Below, piece after piece: positions 32,201-47,200 of a stretch of DNA of 64,000 nt (within the stretch, counting starts at the first letter, position 1; every line of letters begins with the position of its first letter). This DNA is from Tubulanus polymorphus. Lineage: Eukaryota; Animalia; Nemertea. The notes beneath the pieces were generated by a model that searched no databases, was not told the origin of the DNA, and worked only from the letters and a program-made list of their open reading frames with translations. The position numbers and the translations under genes are program-made. The stretch spans positions 52,937 to 116,936 of the forward strand of contig NW_027437445.1 of assembly GCF_964204645.1 (NCBI RefSeq). Reading direction: 5' to 3'.

Positions 32201-35200
32201 CGATGTCGATGCGTAAAAGCGCTCAAATCGTCAGGAAAAGCGCATTTCGGCCCGAAAACGTCGTTCAGCGCGAGAAAAGACGTTTTCTCGTCAACTTCTC
32301 CCCGTATCGGAAAAATGATAATGCCGATGCGCAAAAGCGCTCAAATCGACGGGAAAAGCACATTTCGGCCCGAAAACGTCGTTCAGCGCGAGAAAAGACG
32401 TTTTCTCGTCAACTTCTCCCCGTATCGGAAAAATGATAATGTCGATGCGTAAAAGCGCTCAAATCGTCAGGAAAAGCACTTTTCGACCCGAAAACGTCGT
32501 TCAGCGCGAGAAAAGACGTTTTCTCGTCAACTTCTCCCCGTATCGGAAAAATGATAATGCCGATGCGCAAAAGCGCTCAAATCGACGGGAAAAGCACATT
32601 TCGGCCCGAAAACGTCGTACAGCGCGAGAAAAGACGTTTTCTCGACGGGAAAAGCACATTTCGGTCCGAAAACGTCGTTCAGCGCGAGAAAAGACGTTTT
32701 CTCGTCAATTTCTCCCCGTATCGGAAAAATGATAATGTCGAAGCGCAAAAGCGCTCAAATCGACGGGAAAAGCACATTTCGGTCCGAAAACGTCGTTCAG
32801 CGCGAGAAAAGACGTTTTCTCGTCAACTTCTCCCCGTATCGGAAAAATGATAATGTCGATGCGTAAAAGCTCTCAAATCGACGGGAAAAGCACTTTTCGA
32901 CCCGAAAACGTCGTTCAGCGCGAGAAAAGACGTTTTCGTATCGAATATTCCCCCTATCGGAAAAACGACGATGTCGATGCGTAAAAGCGCTCAAATCGTC
33001 AGGAAAAGCGCATTTCGGCCCGAAAACGTCGTTCAGCGCGAGAAAAGACGTTTTCTCGTCAACTTCTCCCCGTATCGGAAAAATGATAATGTCGATGCGT
33101 AAAAGCGCTCAAATCGTCAGGAAAAGCACTTTTCGACCCGAAAACGTCGTTCAGCGCGAGAAAAGACGTTTTCTCGACGGGAAAAGCACATTTCGGTCCG
33201 AAAACGTCGTTCAGCGCGAGAAAAGACGTTTTCTCGTCAACTTCTCCCCGTATCGGAAAAATGATAATGTCGATGCGCAAAAGCGCTCAAATTTGAGGGA
33301 AAAGCACATTTCGGTCCGAAAACGTCGTTCAGCGCGAGAAAAGACGTTTTCTCGTCAACTTCTCCCCGTATCGGAAAAATGATAATGTCGATGCGTAAAA
33401 GCGCTCAAATCGACGGGAAAAGCACATTTCGACCCGAAAACGTCGTTCAGCGCGAGAAAAGACGTTTTCGTATCGAATATTCGCCCTATCGGAAAAACGA
33501 CGATGTCGATGCGTAAAAGCGCTCAAATCGTCAGGAAAAGCGCATTTCGGCCCGAAAACGTCGTTCAGCGCGAGAAAAGACGTTTTCTCGTCAACTTCTC
33601 CCCGTATCGGAAAAATGATAATGCCGATGCGCAAAAGCGCTCAAATCGACGGGAAAAGCACATTTCGGCCCGAAAACGTCGTTCAGCGCGAGAAAAGACG
33701 TTTTCTCGTCAACTTCTCCCCGTATCGGAAAAATGATAATGTCGATGCGTAAAAGCGCTCAAATCGTCAGGAAAAGCACTTTTCGACCCGAAAACGTCGT
33801 TCAGCGCGAGAAAAGACGTTTTCTCGTCAACTTCTCCCCGTATCGGAAAAATGATAATGCCGATGCGCAAAAGCGCTCAAATCGACGGGAAAAGCACATT
33901 TCGGCCCGAAAACGTCGTTCAGCGCGAGAAAAGACGTTTTCTCGACGGGAAAAGCACATTTCGGTCCGAAAACGTCGTTCAGCGCGAGAAAAGACGTTTT
34001 CTCGTCAATTTCTCCCCGTATCGGAAAAATGATAATGTCGAAGCGCAAAAGCGCTCAAATCGACGGGAAAAGCACATTTCGGTCCGAAAACGTCGTTCAG
34101 CGCGAGAAAAGACGTTTTCTCGTCAACTTCTCCCCGTATCGGAAAAATGATAATGTCGATGCGTAAATGCGCTCAAATCGACGGGAAAAGCACATTTCGG
34201 CCCGAAAACGTCGTACAGCGCGAGAAAAGACGTTTTCCCGTCAACTTCTCCCCGTATCGGAAAAATGATAATGCCGATGCGCAAAAGCGCTCAAATCGAC
34301 GGGAAAAGCACATTTCGGCCCGAAAACGTCGTTCAGCGCGAGAAAAGACGTTTTCTCGTCAACTTCTCCCCGTATCGGAAAAATGATAATGCCGATGCGC
34401 AAAAGCGCTCAAATCGACGGGAAAAGCACATTTCGGCCCGAAAACGTCGTTCAGCGCGAGAAAAGACGTTTTCTCGTCAACTTCTCCCCGTATCGGAAAA
34501 ATGATAATGTCGATGCGTAAAAGCGCTCAAATCGACGGGAAAAGCACATTTCGACCCGAAAACGTCGTTCAGCGCGAGAAAAGACGTTTTCTCGTCAACT
34601 TCTCCCCGTATCGGAAAAATGATAATGTCGATGCGTAAAAGCTCTCAAATCGACGGGAAAAGCACATTTCGACCCGAAAACGTCGTTCAGCGCGAGAAAA
34701 GACGTTTTCGTATCGAATATTCCCCCTATCGGAAAAACGACGATGTCGATGCGTAAAAAGGTCTCAAATCGTCAGGAAAAGCACATTTCGGCCCGAAAAC
34801 GTCGTACAGCGCGAGAAAAGACGTTTTCTCGACGGGAAAAGCACATTTCGGTCCGAAAACGTCGTTCAGCGCGAGAAAAGACGTTTTCTCGTCAACTTCT
34901 CCCCGTATCGGAAAAATTATAATGCCGATGCGCAAAAGCGCTCAAATCGACGGGAAAAGCACATTTCGGCCCGAAAACGTCGTTCAGCGCGAGAAAAGAC
35001 GTTTTCTCGTCAACTTCTCCCCGTATCGGAAAAATGATAATGTCGATGCGCAAAAGCGCTCAAATCGACGGGAAAAGCACATTTCGGCCCGAAAACGTCG
35101 TTCAGCGCGAGAAAAGACGTTTTCTCGTCAACTTCTCCCCGTATCGGAACAATTATAATGCCGATGCGCAAAAGCGCTCAAATCGACGGGAAAAGCACAT

Positions 35201-38200
35201 TTCGGTCCGAAAACGTCGTTCAGCGCGAGAAAAGACGTTTTCTCGTCAACTTCTCCCCGTATCGGAAAAATGATAATGTCGATGCGTAAAAGCGCTCAAA
35301 TCGACGGGAAAAGCACATTTCGACCCGAAAACGTCGTTCAGCGCGAGAAAAGACGTTTTCGTATCGAATATTCGCCCTATCGGAAAAACGACGATGTCGA
35401 TGCGTAAAAGCGCTCAAATCGTCAGGAAAAGCACATTTCGGCCCGAAAACGTCGTTCAGCGCGAGAAAAGACGTTTTCTCGTCAACTTCTCCCCGTATCG
35501 GAAAAATGATAATGTCGATGCGTAAAAGCGCTCAAATCGTCAGGAAAAGCACTTTTCGACCCGAAAACGTCGTTCAGCGCGAGAAAAGACGTTATCTCGA
35601 CGGGAAAAGCACTTTTCGACTCGAAAACGTCGTTCAGCGCGAGAAAGACGTTTTCTCGTCAACTTCTCCCCGTATCGGAAAAATGATAATGTCGATGCGT
35701 AAAAGCGCTCAAATCGACGGGAAAAGCACATTTCGACCCGAAAACGTCGTTCAGCGCGAGAAAAGACGTTTTCGTATCGAATATTCGCCCTATCGGAAAA
35801 ACGACGATGTCGATGCGTAAAAGCGCTCAAATCGTCAGGAAAAGCGCATTTCGGCCCGAAAACGTCGTTCAGCGCGAGAAAAGACGTTTTCTCGTCAACT
35901 TCTCCCCGTATCGGAAAAATGATAATGCCGATGCGCAAAAGCGCTCAAATCGACGGGAAAAGCACATTTCGGCCCGAAAACGTCGTTCAGCGCGAGAAAA
36001 GACGTTTTCTCGTCAACTTCTCCCCGTATCGGAAAAATGATAATGTCGATGCGTAAAAGCGCTCAAATCGTCAGGAAAAGCACTTTTCGACCCGAAAACG
36101 TCGTTCAGCGCGAGAAAAGACGTTTTCTCGTCAACTTCTCCCCGTATCGGAAAAATGATAATGCCGATGCGCAAAAGCGCTCAAATCGACGGGAAAAGCA
36201 CATTTCGGCCCGAAAACGTCGTTCAGCGCGAGAAAAGACGTTTTCTCGACGGGAAAAGCACATTTCGGTCCGAAAACGTCGTTCAGCGCGAGAAAAGACG
36301 TTTTCTCGTCAATTTCTCCCCGTATCGGAAAAATGATAATGTCGAAGCGCAAAAGCGCTCAAATCGACGGGAAAAGCACATTTCGGTCCGAAAACGTCGT
36401 TCAGCGCGAGAAAAGACGTTTTCTCGTCAACTTCTCCCCGTATCGGAAAAATGATAATGTCGATGCGTAAATGCGCTCAAATCGACGGGAAAAGCACATT
36501 TCGGCCCGAAAACGTCGTACAGCGCGAGAAAAGACGTTTTCTCGTCAACTTCTCCCCGTATCGGAAAAATGATAATGCCGATGCGCAAAAGCGCTCAAAT
36601 CGACGGGAAAAGCACATTTCGGCCCGAAAACGTCGTTCAGCGCGAGAAAAGACGTTTTCTCGTCAACTTCTCCCCGTATCGGAAAAATGATAATGCCGAT
36701 GCGCAAAAGCGCTCAAATCGACGGGAAAAGCACATTTCGGCCCGAAAACGTCGTTCAGCGCGAGAAAAGACGTTTTCTCGACGGGAAAAGCACATTTCGG
36801 TCCGAAAACGTCGTTCAGCGCGAGAAAAGACGTTTTCTCGTCAATTTCTCCCCGTATCGGAAAAATGATAATGTCGAAGCGCAAAGCGCTCAAATCGACG
36901 GGAAAAGCACATTTCGGTCCGAAAACGTCGTACAGCGCGAGAAAAGACGTTTTCTCGTCAACTTCTCCCCGTATCGGAAAAATGATAATGCCGATGCGCA
37001 AAAGCACTCAAATCGACGGGAAAAGCACATTTCGGCCCGAAAACGTCGTTCAGCGCGAGAAAAGACGTTTTCTCGTCAACTTCTCCCCGTATCGGAAAAA
37101 TGATAATGCCGATGCGCAAAAGCACTCAAATCGACGGGAAAAGCACATTTCGGCCCGAAAACGTCGTTCAGCGCGAGAAAAGACGTTTTCTCGTCAACTT
37201 CTCCCCGTATCGGAAAAATGATAATGTCGATGCGTAAAAGCGCTCAAATCGTCAGGAAAAGCACTTTTCGACCCGAAAACGTCGTTCAGCGCGAGAAAAG
37301 ACGTTTTCGTATCGAATATTCCACCTATCGGAAAAACGACGATGTCGATGCGTAAAAGCGCTCAAATCGTCAGGAAAAGCGCATTTCGGCCCGAAAACGT
37401 CGTTCAGTGCGAGAAAAGACGTTTTCTCGTCAACTTCTCCCCGTATCGGAAAAATGATAATGTCGATGAGCAAAAGCGCTCAAATCGACGGGAAAAGCAC
37501 ATTTCGGTCCGAAAACGTCGTTCAGCGCGAGAAAAGACGTTTTCTCTTCAACTTCTCCCCGTATCGGAAAAATGATAATGTCGATGCGTAAAAGCGCTCA
37601 AATCGACTGGAAAAGCACATTTCGACCCGAAAACGTCGTTCAGCGCGAGAAAAGACGTTTTCGTATCGAATATTCCCCCTATCGGAAAAACGACGACGTC
37701 GATGCGTAAAAGCGCTCAAATCGTCAGGAAAAGCACATTTCGGCCCGAAAACGTCGTACAGCGCGAGAAAAGACGTTTTCTCGACGGGAAAAGCACATTT
37801 CGGTCCGAAAACGTCGTTCAGCGCGAGAAAAGACGTTTTCTCGTCAACTTCTCCCCGTATCGGAAAAATGATAATGTCGATGCGCAAAAGCGCTCAAATC
37901 GACGGGAAAAACACATTTCGGCCCGAAAACGTCGTTCAGCGCGAGAAAAGACGTTTTCGTATCGAATATTCCCCCTATCGGAAAAACGACGATGTCGATG
38001 CGTAAAAGCGCTCAAATCGTCAGGAAAAGCACATTTCGGCCCGAAAACGTCGTTCAGCGCGAGAAAAGACGTTTTCTCGTCAACTTCTCCCCGTATCGGA
38101 AAAATGATAATGTCGATGCGTAAAAGCGCTCAAATCGTCAGGAAAAGCACTTTTCGACCCGAAAACGTCGTTCAGCGCGAGAAAAGACGTTTTCTCGACG

Positions 38201-41200
38201 GGAAAAGCACATTTCGGTCCGAAAACGTCGTTCAGCGCGAGAAAAGACGTTTTCTCGTCAACTTCTCCCCGTATCGGAAAAATGATAATGTCGATGCGCA
38301 AAAGCGCTCAAATCGACGGGAAAAGCATATTTCGGCCCGAAAACGTCGTTCAGCGCGAGAAAAGACGTTTTCGTATCGAATATTCCCCCTATCGGAAAAA
38401 ACGACGATGTCGATGCGTAAAAGCGCTCAAATCGTCAAGAAAAGCGCATTTCGGCCCGAAAACGTCGTTCAGTGCGAGAAAAGACGTTTTCTCGTCAACT
38501 TCTCCCCGTATCGGAAAAATGATAATGTCGATGAGCAAAAGCGCTCAAATCGACGGGAAAAGCACATTTCGGTCCGAAAACGTCGTTCAGCGCGAGAAAA
38601 GACGTTTTCCTCTTCAACTTCTCCCGTATCGGAAAAATGATAATGTCGATGCGTAAAACGCTCAAATCGACGGGAAAAGCACATTTCGACCCGAAAACGT
38701 CGTTCAGCGCGACAAAAGACGTTTTCGTATCGAATATTCGCCCTATCGGAAAAACGACGATGTCGATGCGTAAAAGCGCTCAAATCGTCAGGAAAAGCGC
38801 ATTTCGGCCCGAAAACGTCGTTCAGCGCGAGAAAAGACGTTTTCTCGTCAACTTCTCCCCGTATCGGAAAAATGATAATGTCGATGCGTAAAAGCTCTCA
38901 AATCGACGGGAAAAGCACATTTCGACCCGAAAACGTCGTTCAGCGCGAGAAAAGACGTTTTCGTATCGATTATTCCCCCTATCGGAAAAACGACGATGTC
39001 GATGCGTAAAAGCGCTCAAATCGTCAGGAAAAGCACATTTCGGCCCGAAAACGTCGTACAGCGCGAGAAAAGACGTTTTCTCGACGGGAAAAGCACATTT
39101 CGGCCCGAAAACGTCGTTCAGCGCGAGAAAAGACGTTTTCTCGTCAACTTCTCCCCGTATCGGAAAAATGATAATGTCGATGCGTAAAAGCGCTCAAATC
39201 GACGGGAAAAGCACATTTCGACCCGAAAACGTCGTTCAGCGCGAGAAAAGACGTTTTCGTATCGAATATTCGCCCTATCGGAAAAACGACGATGTCGATG
39301 CGTAAAAGCGCTCAAATCGTCAGGAGAAGCGCATTTCGGCCCGAAAACGTCGTTCAGCGCGAGAAAAGACGTTTTCTCGTCAACTTCTCCCCGTATCGGA
39401 AAAATGATAATGTCGATGCGTAAAAGCTCTCAAATCGACGGGGACGGGAAAAGCACATTTCGACCCGAAAACGTCGTTCAGCGCGAGAAAAGACGTTTTC
39501 GTATCGATTATTCCCCCTATCGGAAAAACGACGATGTCGATGCGTAAAAGCGCTCAAATCGTCAGGAAAAGCACATTTCGGCCCGAAAACGTCGTACAGC
39601 GCGAGAAAAGACGTTTTCTCGACGGGAAAAGCACATTTCGGCCCGAAAACGTCGTTCAGCGCGAGAAAAGACGTTTTCTCGTCAACTTCTCCCCGTATCG
39701 GAAAAATGATAATGTCGATGCGTAAAAGCGCTCAAATCGACGGGAAAAGCACATTTCGACCCGAAAACGTCGTTCAGCGCGAGAAAAGACGTTTTCGTAT
39801 CGAATATTCGCCCTATCGGAAAAACGACGATGTCGATGCGTAAAAGCGCTCAAATCGTCAGGAAAAGCGCATTTCGGCCCGAAAACGTCGTTCAGCGCGA
39901 GAAAAGACGTTTTCTCGTCAACTTCTCCCGTATCGGAAAAATGATAATGTCGATGCGTAAAAGCTCTCAAATCGACGGGAAAAGCACATTTCGACCCGAA
40001 AACGTCGTTCAGCGCGAGAAAAGACGTTTTCGTATCGATTATTCCCCTATCGGAAAAACGACGATGTCGATGCGTAAAAGCGCTCAAATCGTCAGGAAAA
40101 GCACATTTCGGCCCGAAAACGTCGTACAGCGCGAGAAAAGACGTTTTCTCGACGGGAAAAGCACATTTCGGCCCGAAAACGTCGTTCAGCGCGAGAAAAG
40201 ACGTTTTCTCGTCAACTTCTCCCCGTATCGGAAAAATGATAATGTCGATGCGTAAAAGCTCTCAAATCGACGGGAAAAACACATTTCGGCCCGAAAACGT
40301 CGTTCAGCGCGAGAAAAGACGTTTTCGTATCGAATATTCCCCCTATCGGAAAAACGACGATGTCGATGTGTAAAAGCGCTCAAATCGTCAGGAAAAGCAC
40401 ATTTCGGCTTGAAAACGTCGTACAGCGCGAGAAAAGACGTTTTCTCGACGGGAAAAGCACATTTCGGTCCGAAAACGTCGTTCAGCGCGAGAAAAGACGT
40501 TTTCTCGTCAATTTCTCCCCGTATCGCAAAAATTATAATGCCGATGCGCAAAAGCGCTCAAATCGACGGGAAAAGCACATTTCGGCCCGAAAACGTCGTT
40601 CAGCGCGAGAAAAGACGTTTTCTCGTCAACTTCTCCCCGTATCGGAAAAATGATAATGTCGATGCGTTAAAGCGCTCAAATCGACGGGAAAAGCACATTT
40701 CGGCCCGAAAACGTCGTACAGCGCGAGAAAAGACGTTTTCTCGTCAACTTCTCCCCGTATCGGAAAAATGATAATGCCGATGCGCAAAAGCGCTCAAATC
40801 GACGGGAAAAGCACATTTCGGTCCGAAAACGTCGTTCAGCGCGAGAAAAGACGTTTTCTCGTCAACTTCTCCCCGTATCGGAAAAATGATAATGTCGATG
40901 CGTAAAAGCGCTCAAATCGTCAGGAAAAGCACTTTTCGACCCGAAAACGTCGTTCAGCGCGAGAAAAGACGTTTTCTCGACGGGAAAAGCACATTTCGGT
41001 CCGAAAACGTCGTTCAGCGCGAGAAAAGACGTTTTCTCGTCAACTTCTCCCCGTATCGGAAAAATGATAATGCCGATGCGCAAAAGCACTCAAATCGACG
41101 GGAAAAGCACATTTCGGCCCGAAAACGTCGTTCAGCGCGAGAAAAGACGTTTTCTCGTCAACTTCTCCCCGTATCGGAAAAATGATAATGTCGATGCGTA

Positions 41201-44200
41201 AAAGCGCTCAAATCGACGGGAAAAGCACATTTCGACCCGAAAACGTCGTTCAGCGCGAGAAAAGACGTTTTCTCGACGGGAAAAGCACATTTCGGTCCGA
41301 AAACGTCGTTCAGCGCGAGAAAAGACGTTTTCTCGTCAATTTCTCCCCGTATCGGAAAAATGATAATGTCGAAGCGCAAAAGCGCTCAAATCGACGGGAA
41401 AAGCACATTTCGGTCCGAAAACGTCGTACAGCGCGAGAAAAGACGTTTTCTCGTCAACTTCTCCCCGTATCGGAAAAATGATAATGTCGATGCGTAAATG
41501 CGCTCAAATCGACGGGAAAAGCACATTTCGGCCCGAAAACGTCGTACAGCGCGAGAAAAGACGTTTTCTCGTCAACTTCTCCCCGTATCGGAAAAATGAT
41601 AATGCCGATGCGCAAAAGCGCTCAAATCGACGGGAAAAGCACATTTCGGCCCGAAAACGTCGTTCAGCGCGAGAAAAGACGTTTTCTCGTCAACTTCTCC
41701 CCGTATCGGAAAAATGATAATGCCGATGCGCAAAAGCGCTCAAATCGACGGGAAAAGCACATTTCGGCCCGAAAACGTCGTTCAGCGCGAGAAAAGACGT
41801 TTTCTCGTCAACTTCTCCCCGTATCGGAAAAATGATAATGTCGATGCGTAAAAGCGCTCAAATCGACGGGAAAAGCATATTTCGGCCCGAAAACGTCGTT
41901 CAGCGCGAGAAAAGACGTTTTCGTATCGAATATTCCCCCTATCGGAAAAACGACGATGTCGATGCGTAAAAGCGCTCAAATCGTCAGGAAAAGCGCATTT
42001 CGGCCCGAAAACGTCGTTCAGTGCGAGAAAAGACGTTTTCTCGTCAACTTCTCCCCGTATCGGAAAAATGATAATGTCGATGAGCAAAAGCGCTCAAATC
42101 GACGGGAAAAGCACATTTCGGTCCGAAAACGTCGTTCAGCGCGAGAAAAGACGTTTTCTCTTCAACTTCTCCCCGTATCGGAAAAATGATAATGTCGATG
42201 CGCAAAAGCGCTCAAATCGACGGGAAAAGCACATTTCGGCCCGAAAACGTCGTTCAGCGCGAGAAAAGACGTTTTCTCGTCAACTTCTCCCCGTATCGGA
42301 AAAATGATAATGTCGATGCGTAAAAGCGCTCAAATCGACGGGAAAAGCACATTTCGACCCGAGAACGTCGTTCAGCGCGAGAAAAGACGTTTTCGTATCG
42401 AATATTCGCCCTATCGAAAAAACGACGATGTCGATGCGTAAAAGCGCTCAAATCGTCAGGAAAAGCGCATTTCGGCCCGAAAACGTCGTTCAGCGCGAGA
42501 AAAGACGTTTTCTCGTCAACTTCTCCCCGTATCGGAAAAATGATAATGTCGATGCGTAAAAGCTCTCAAATCGACGGGAAAAGCACATTTCGACCCGAAA
42601 ACGTCGTTCAGCGCGAGAAAAGACGTTTTCGTATCGATTATTCCCCCTATCGGAAAAACGACGATGTCGATGCGTAAAAGCGCTCAAATCGTCAGGAAAA
42701 GCACATTTCGGCCCGAAAACGTCGTACAGCGCGAGAAAAGACGTTTTCTCGACGGGAAAAGCACATTTCGGCCCGAAAACGTCGTTCAGCGCGAGAAAAG
42801 ACGTTTTCTCGTCAACTTCTCCCCGTATCGGAAAAATGATAATGTCGATGCGTAAAAGCGCTCAAATCGACGGGAAAAGCACATTTCGACCCGAAAACGT
42901 CGTTCAGCGCGAGAAAAGACGTTTTCGTATCGAATATTCGCCCTATCGGAAAAACGACGATGTCGATGCGTAAAAGCGCTCAAATCGTCAGGAAAAGCGC
43001 ATTTCGGCCCGAAAACGTCGTTCAGCGCGAGAAAAGACGTTTTCTCGTCAACTTCTCCCCGTATCGGAAAAATGATAATGTCGATGCGTAAAAGCTCTCA
43101 AATCGACGGGAAAGCACATTTCGACCCGAAAACGTCGTTCAGCGCGAGAAAAGACGTTTTCGTATCGATTATTCCCCCTATCGGAAAAACGACGATGTCG
43201 ATGCGTAAAAGCGCTCAAATCGTCAGGAAAAGCACATTTCGGCCCGAAAACGTCGTACAGCGCGAGAAAAGACGTTTTCTCGACGGGAAAAGCACATTTC
43301 GGCCCGAAAACGTCGTTCAGCGCGAGAAAAGACGTTTTCTCATCAACTTCTCCCCGTATCGGAAAAATGATAATGTCGATGCGTAAAAGCTCTCAAATCG
43401 ACGGGAAAAACACATTTCGGCCCGAAAACGTCGTTCAGCGCGAGAAAAGACGTTTTCGTATCGAATATTCCCCCTATCGGAAAAACGACGATGTCGATGT
43501 GTAAAAGCGCTCAAATCGTCAGGAAAAGCACATTTCGGCTTGAAAACGTCGTACAGCGCGAGAAAAGACGTTTTCTCGACGGGAAAAGCACATTTCGGTC
43601 CGAAAACGTCGTTCAGCGCGAGAAAAGACGTTTTCTCGTCAATTTCTCCCCGTATCGCAAAAATTATAATGCCGATGCGTTAAAGCGCTCAAATCGACGG
43701 GAAAAGCACATTTCGGCCCGAAAACGTCGTACAGCGCGAGAAAAGACGTTTTCTCGTCAACTTCTCCCCGTATCGGAAAAATGATAATGCCGATGCGCAA
43801 AAGCGCTCAAATCGACGGGAAAAGCACATTTCGGTCCGAAAACGTCGTTCAGCGCGAGAAAAGACGTTTTCTCGTCAACTTCTCCCCGTATCGGAAAAAT
43901 GATAATGTCGATGCGTAAAAGCGCTCAAATCGTCAGGAAAAGCACTTTTCGACCCGAAAACGTCGTTCAGCGCGAGAAAAGACGTTTTCTCGACGGGAAA
44001 AGCACATTTCGGTCCGAAAACGTCGTTCAGCGCGAGAAAAGACGTTTTCTCGTCAACTTCTCCCCGTATCGGAAAAATGATAATGCCGATGCGCAAAAGC
44101 ACTCAAATCGACGGGAAAAGCACATTTCGGCCCGAAAACGTCGTTCAGCGCGAGAAAAGACGTTTTCTCGTCAACTTCTCCCCGTATCGGAAAAATGATA

Positions 44201-47200
44201 ATGTCGATGCGTAAAAGCGCTCAAATCGACGGGAAAAGCACATTTCGACCCGAAAACGTCGTTCAGCGCGAGAAAAGACGTTTTCTCGACGGGAAAAGCA
44301 CATTTCGGTCCGAAAACGTCGTTCAGCGCGAGAAAAGACGTTTTCTCGTCAATTTCTCCCCGTATCGGAAAAATGATAATGTCGAAGCGCAAAAGCGCTC
44401 AAATCGACGGGAAAAGCACATTTCGGTCCGAAAACGTCGTACAGCGCGAGAAAAGACGTTTTCTCGTCAACTTCTCCCCGTATCGGAAAAATGATAATGT
44501 CGATGCGTAAATGCGCTCAAATCGACGGGAAAAGCACATTTCGGCCCGAAAACGTCGTACAGCGCGAGAAAAGACGTTTTCTCGTCAACTTCTCCCCGTA
44601 TCGGAAAAATGATAATGCCGATGCGCACAAGCACTCAAATCGACGGGAAAAGCACATTTCGGCCCGAAAACGTCGTTCAGCGCGAGAAAAGACGTTTTCT
44701 CGTCAACTTCTCCCCGTATCGGAAAAATGATAATGCCGATGCGCAAAAGCACTCAAATCGACGGAAAAAGCACATTTCGGCCCGAAAACGTCGTTCAGCG
44801 CGAGAAAAGACGTTTTCTCGTCAACTTCTCCCCGTATCGGAAAAATGATAATGTCGATGCGTAAAAGCGCTCAAATCGACGGGAAAAGCACATTTCGACC
44901 CGAAAACGTCGTTCAGCGCGAGAAAAGAAGTTTTCGTATCCAATATTCGTCCTATCGGAAAAACGACGATGTCGATGCGTAAAAGCGCTCAAATCGTCAG
45001 GAAAAGTGCATTTCGGCCCGAAAACGTCGTTCAGCGCGAGAAAAGACGTTTTTTCGTCAACTTCTCCCCGTATCGGAAAAATGATAATGCCGATGCGCAA
45101 GAGCGCTCAAATCGACGGGAAAAGCACATTTCGGCCCGAAAACGTCGTACAGCGCGAGAAAAGACGTTTTCTCGTCAACTTCTCCCCGTATCGGAAAAAT
45201 GATAATGCCGATGCGCAAAAGCGCTCAAATCGACGGGAAAAGCACATTTCGGCCCGAAAACGTCGTTCAGCGCGAGAAAAGACGTTTCTCGTCAACTTCT
45301 CCCCGTATCGGAAAAATGATAATGCCGATGCGCAAAAGCGCTCAAATCGACGGGAAAAGCACATTTCGGCCCGAAAACGTCGTTCAGCGCGAGAAAAGAC
45401 GTTTTCTCGTCACATTCTCCCCGTATCGGAAAAATGATAATGTCGATGCGTAAAAGCGCTCAAATCGACGGGAAAAGCACATTTCGGTCCGAAAACGTCG
45501 TTCAGCGCGAGAAAAGACGTTTTCTCTTCAACTTCTCCCCGTATCGGAAAAATGATAATGTCGATGCGTAAAAGCTCTCAAATCGACGGGAAAAGCACAT
45601 TTCGACCCGAAAACGTCGTTCAGCGCGAGAAAAGACGTTTTCGTATCGATTATTCCCCCTATCGGAAAAACGACGATGTCGATGCGTAAAAGCGCTCAAA
45701 TCGTCAGGAAAAGCACATTTCGGCCCGAAAACGTCGTACAGCGCGAGAAAAGACGTTTTCTCGACGGGAAAAGCACATTTCGGCCCGAAAACGTCGTTCA
45801 GCGCGAGAAAAGACGTTTTCTCGTCAACTTCTCCCCGTATCGGAAAAATGATAATGTCGATGCGTAAAAGCGCTCAAATCGACGGGGAAAAGCACATTTC
45901 GACCCGAAAACGTCGTTCAGCGCGAGAAAAGACGTTTTCGTATCGAATATTCGCCCTATCGGAAAAACGACGATGTCGATGCGTAAAAGCGCTCAAATCG
46001 TCAGGAAAAGCGCATTTCGGCCCGAAAACGTCGTTCAGCGCGAGAAAAGACGTTTTCTCGTCAACTTCTCCCCGTATCGGAAAAATGATAATGTCGATGC
46101 GTAAAAGCTCTCAAATCGACGGGAAAAGCACATTTCGACCCGAAAACGTCGTTCAGCGCGAGAAAAGACGTTTTCGTATCGATTATTCCCCCTATCGGAA
46201 AAACGACGATGTCGATGCGTAAAAGCGCTCAAATCGTCAGGAAAAGCACATTTCGGCCCGAAAACGTCGTACAGCGCGAGAAAAGACGTTTTCTCGACGG
46301 GAAAAGCACATTTCGGCCCGAAAACGTCGTTCAGCGCGAGAAAAGACGTTTTCTCATCAACTTCTCCCCGTATCGGAAAAATGATAATGTCGATGCGTAA
46401 AAGCTCTCAAATCGACGGGAAAAACACATTTCGGCCCGAAAACGTCGTTCAGCGCGAGAAAAGACGTTTTCGTATCGAATATTCCCCCTATCGGAAAAAC
46501 GACGATGTCGATGTGTAAAAGCGCTCAAATCGTCAGGAAAAGCACATTTCGGCTTGAAAACGTCGTACAGCGCGAGAAAAGACGTTTTCTCGACGGGAAA
46601 AGCACATTTCGGTCCGAAAACGTCGTTCAGCGCGAGAAAAGACGTTTTCTCGTCAATTTCTCCCCGTATCGCAAAAATTATAATGCCGATGCGTTAAAGC
46701 GCTCAAATCGACGGGAAAAGCACATTTCGGCCCGAAAACGTCGTACAGCGCGAGAAAAGACGTTTTCTCGTCAACTTCTCCCCGTATCGGAAAAATGATA
46801 ATGCCGATGCGCAAAAGCGCTCAAATCGACGGGAAAAGCACATTTCGGTCCGAAAACGTCGTTCAGCGCGAGAAAAGACGTTTTCTCGTCAACTTCTCCC
46901 CGTATCGGAAAAATGATAATGTCGATGCGTAAAAGCGCTCAAATCGTCAGGAAAAGCACTTTTCGACCCGAAAACGTCGTTCAGCGCGAGAAAAGACGTT
47001 TTCCTCGACGGGAAAAGCACATTTCGGTCCGAAAACGTCGTTCAGCGCGAGAAAAGACGTTTTCTCGTCAACTTCTCCCCGTATCGGAAAAATGATAATG
47101 CCGATGCGCAAAAGCACTCAAATCGACGGGAAAAGCACATTTCGGCCCGAAAACGTCGTTCAGCGCGAGAAAAGACGTTTTCTCGTCAACTTCTCCCCGT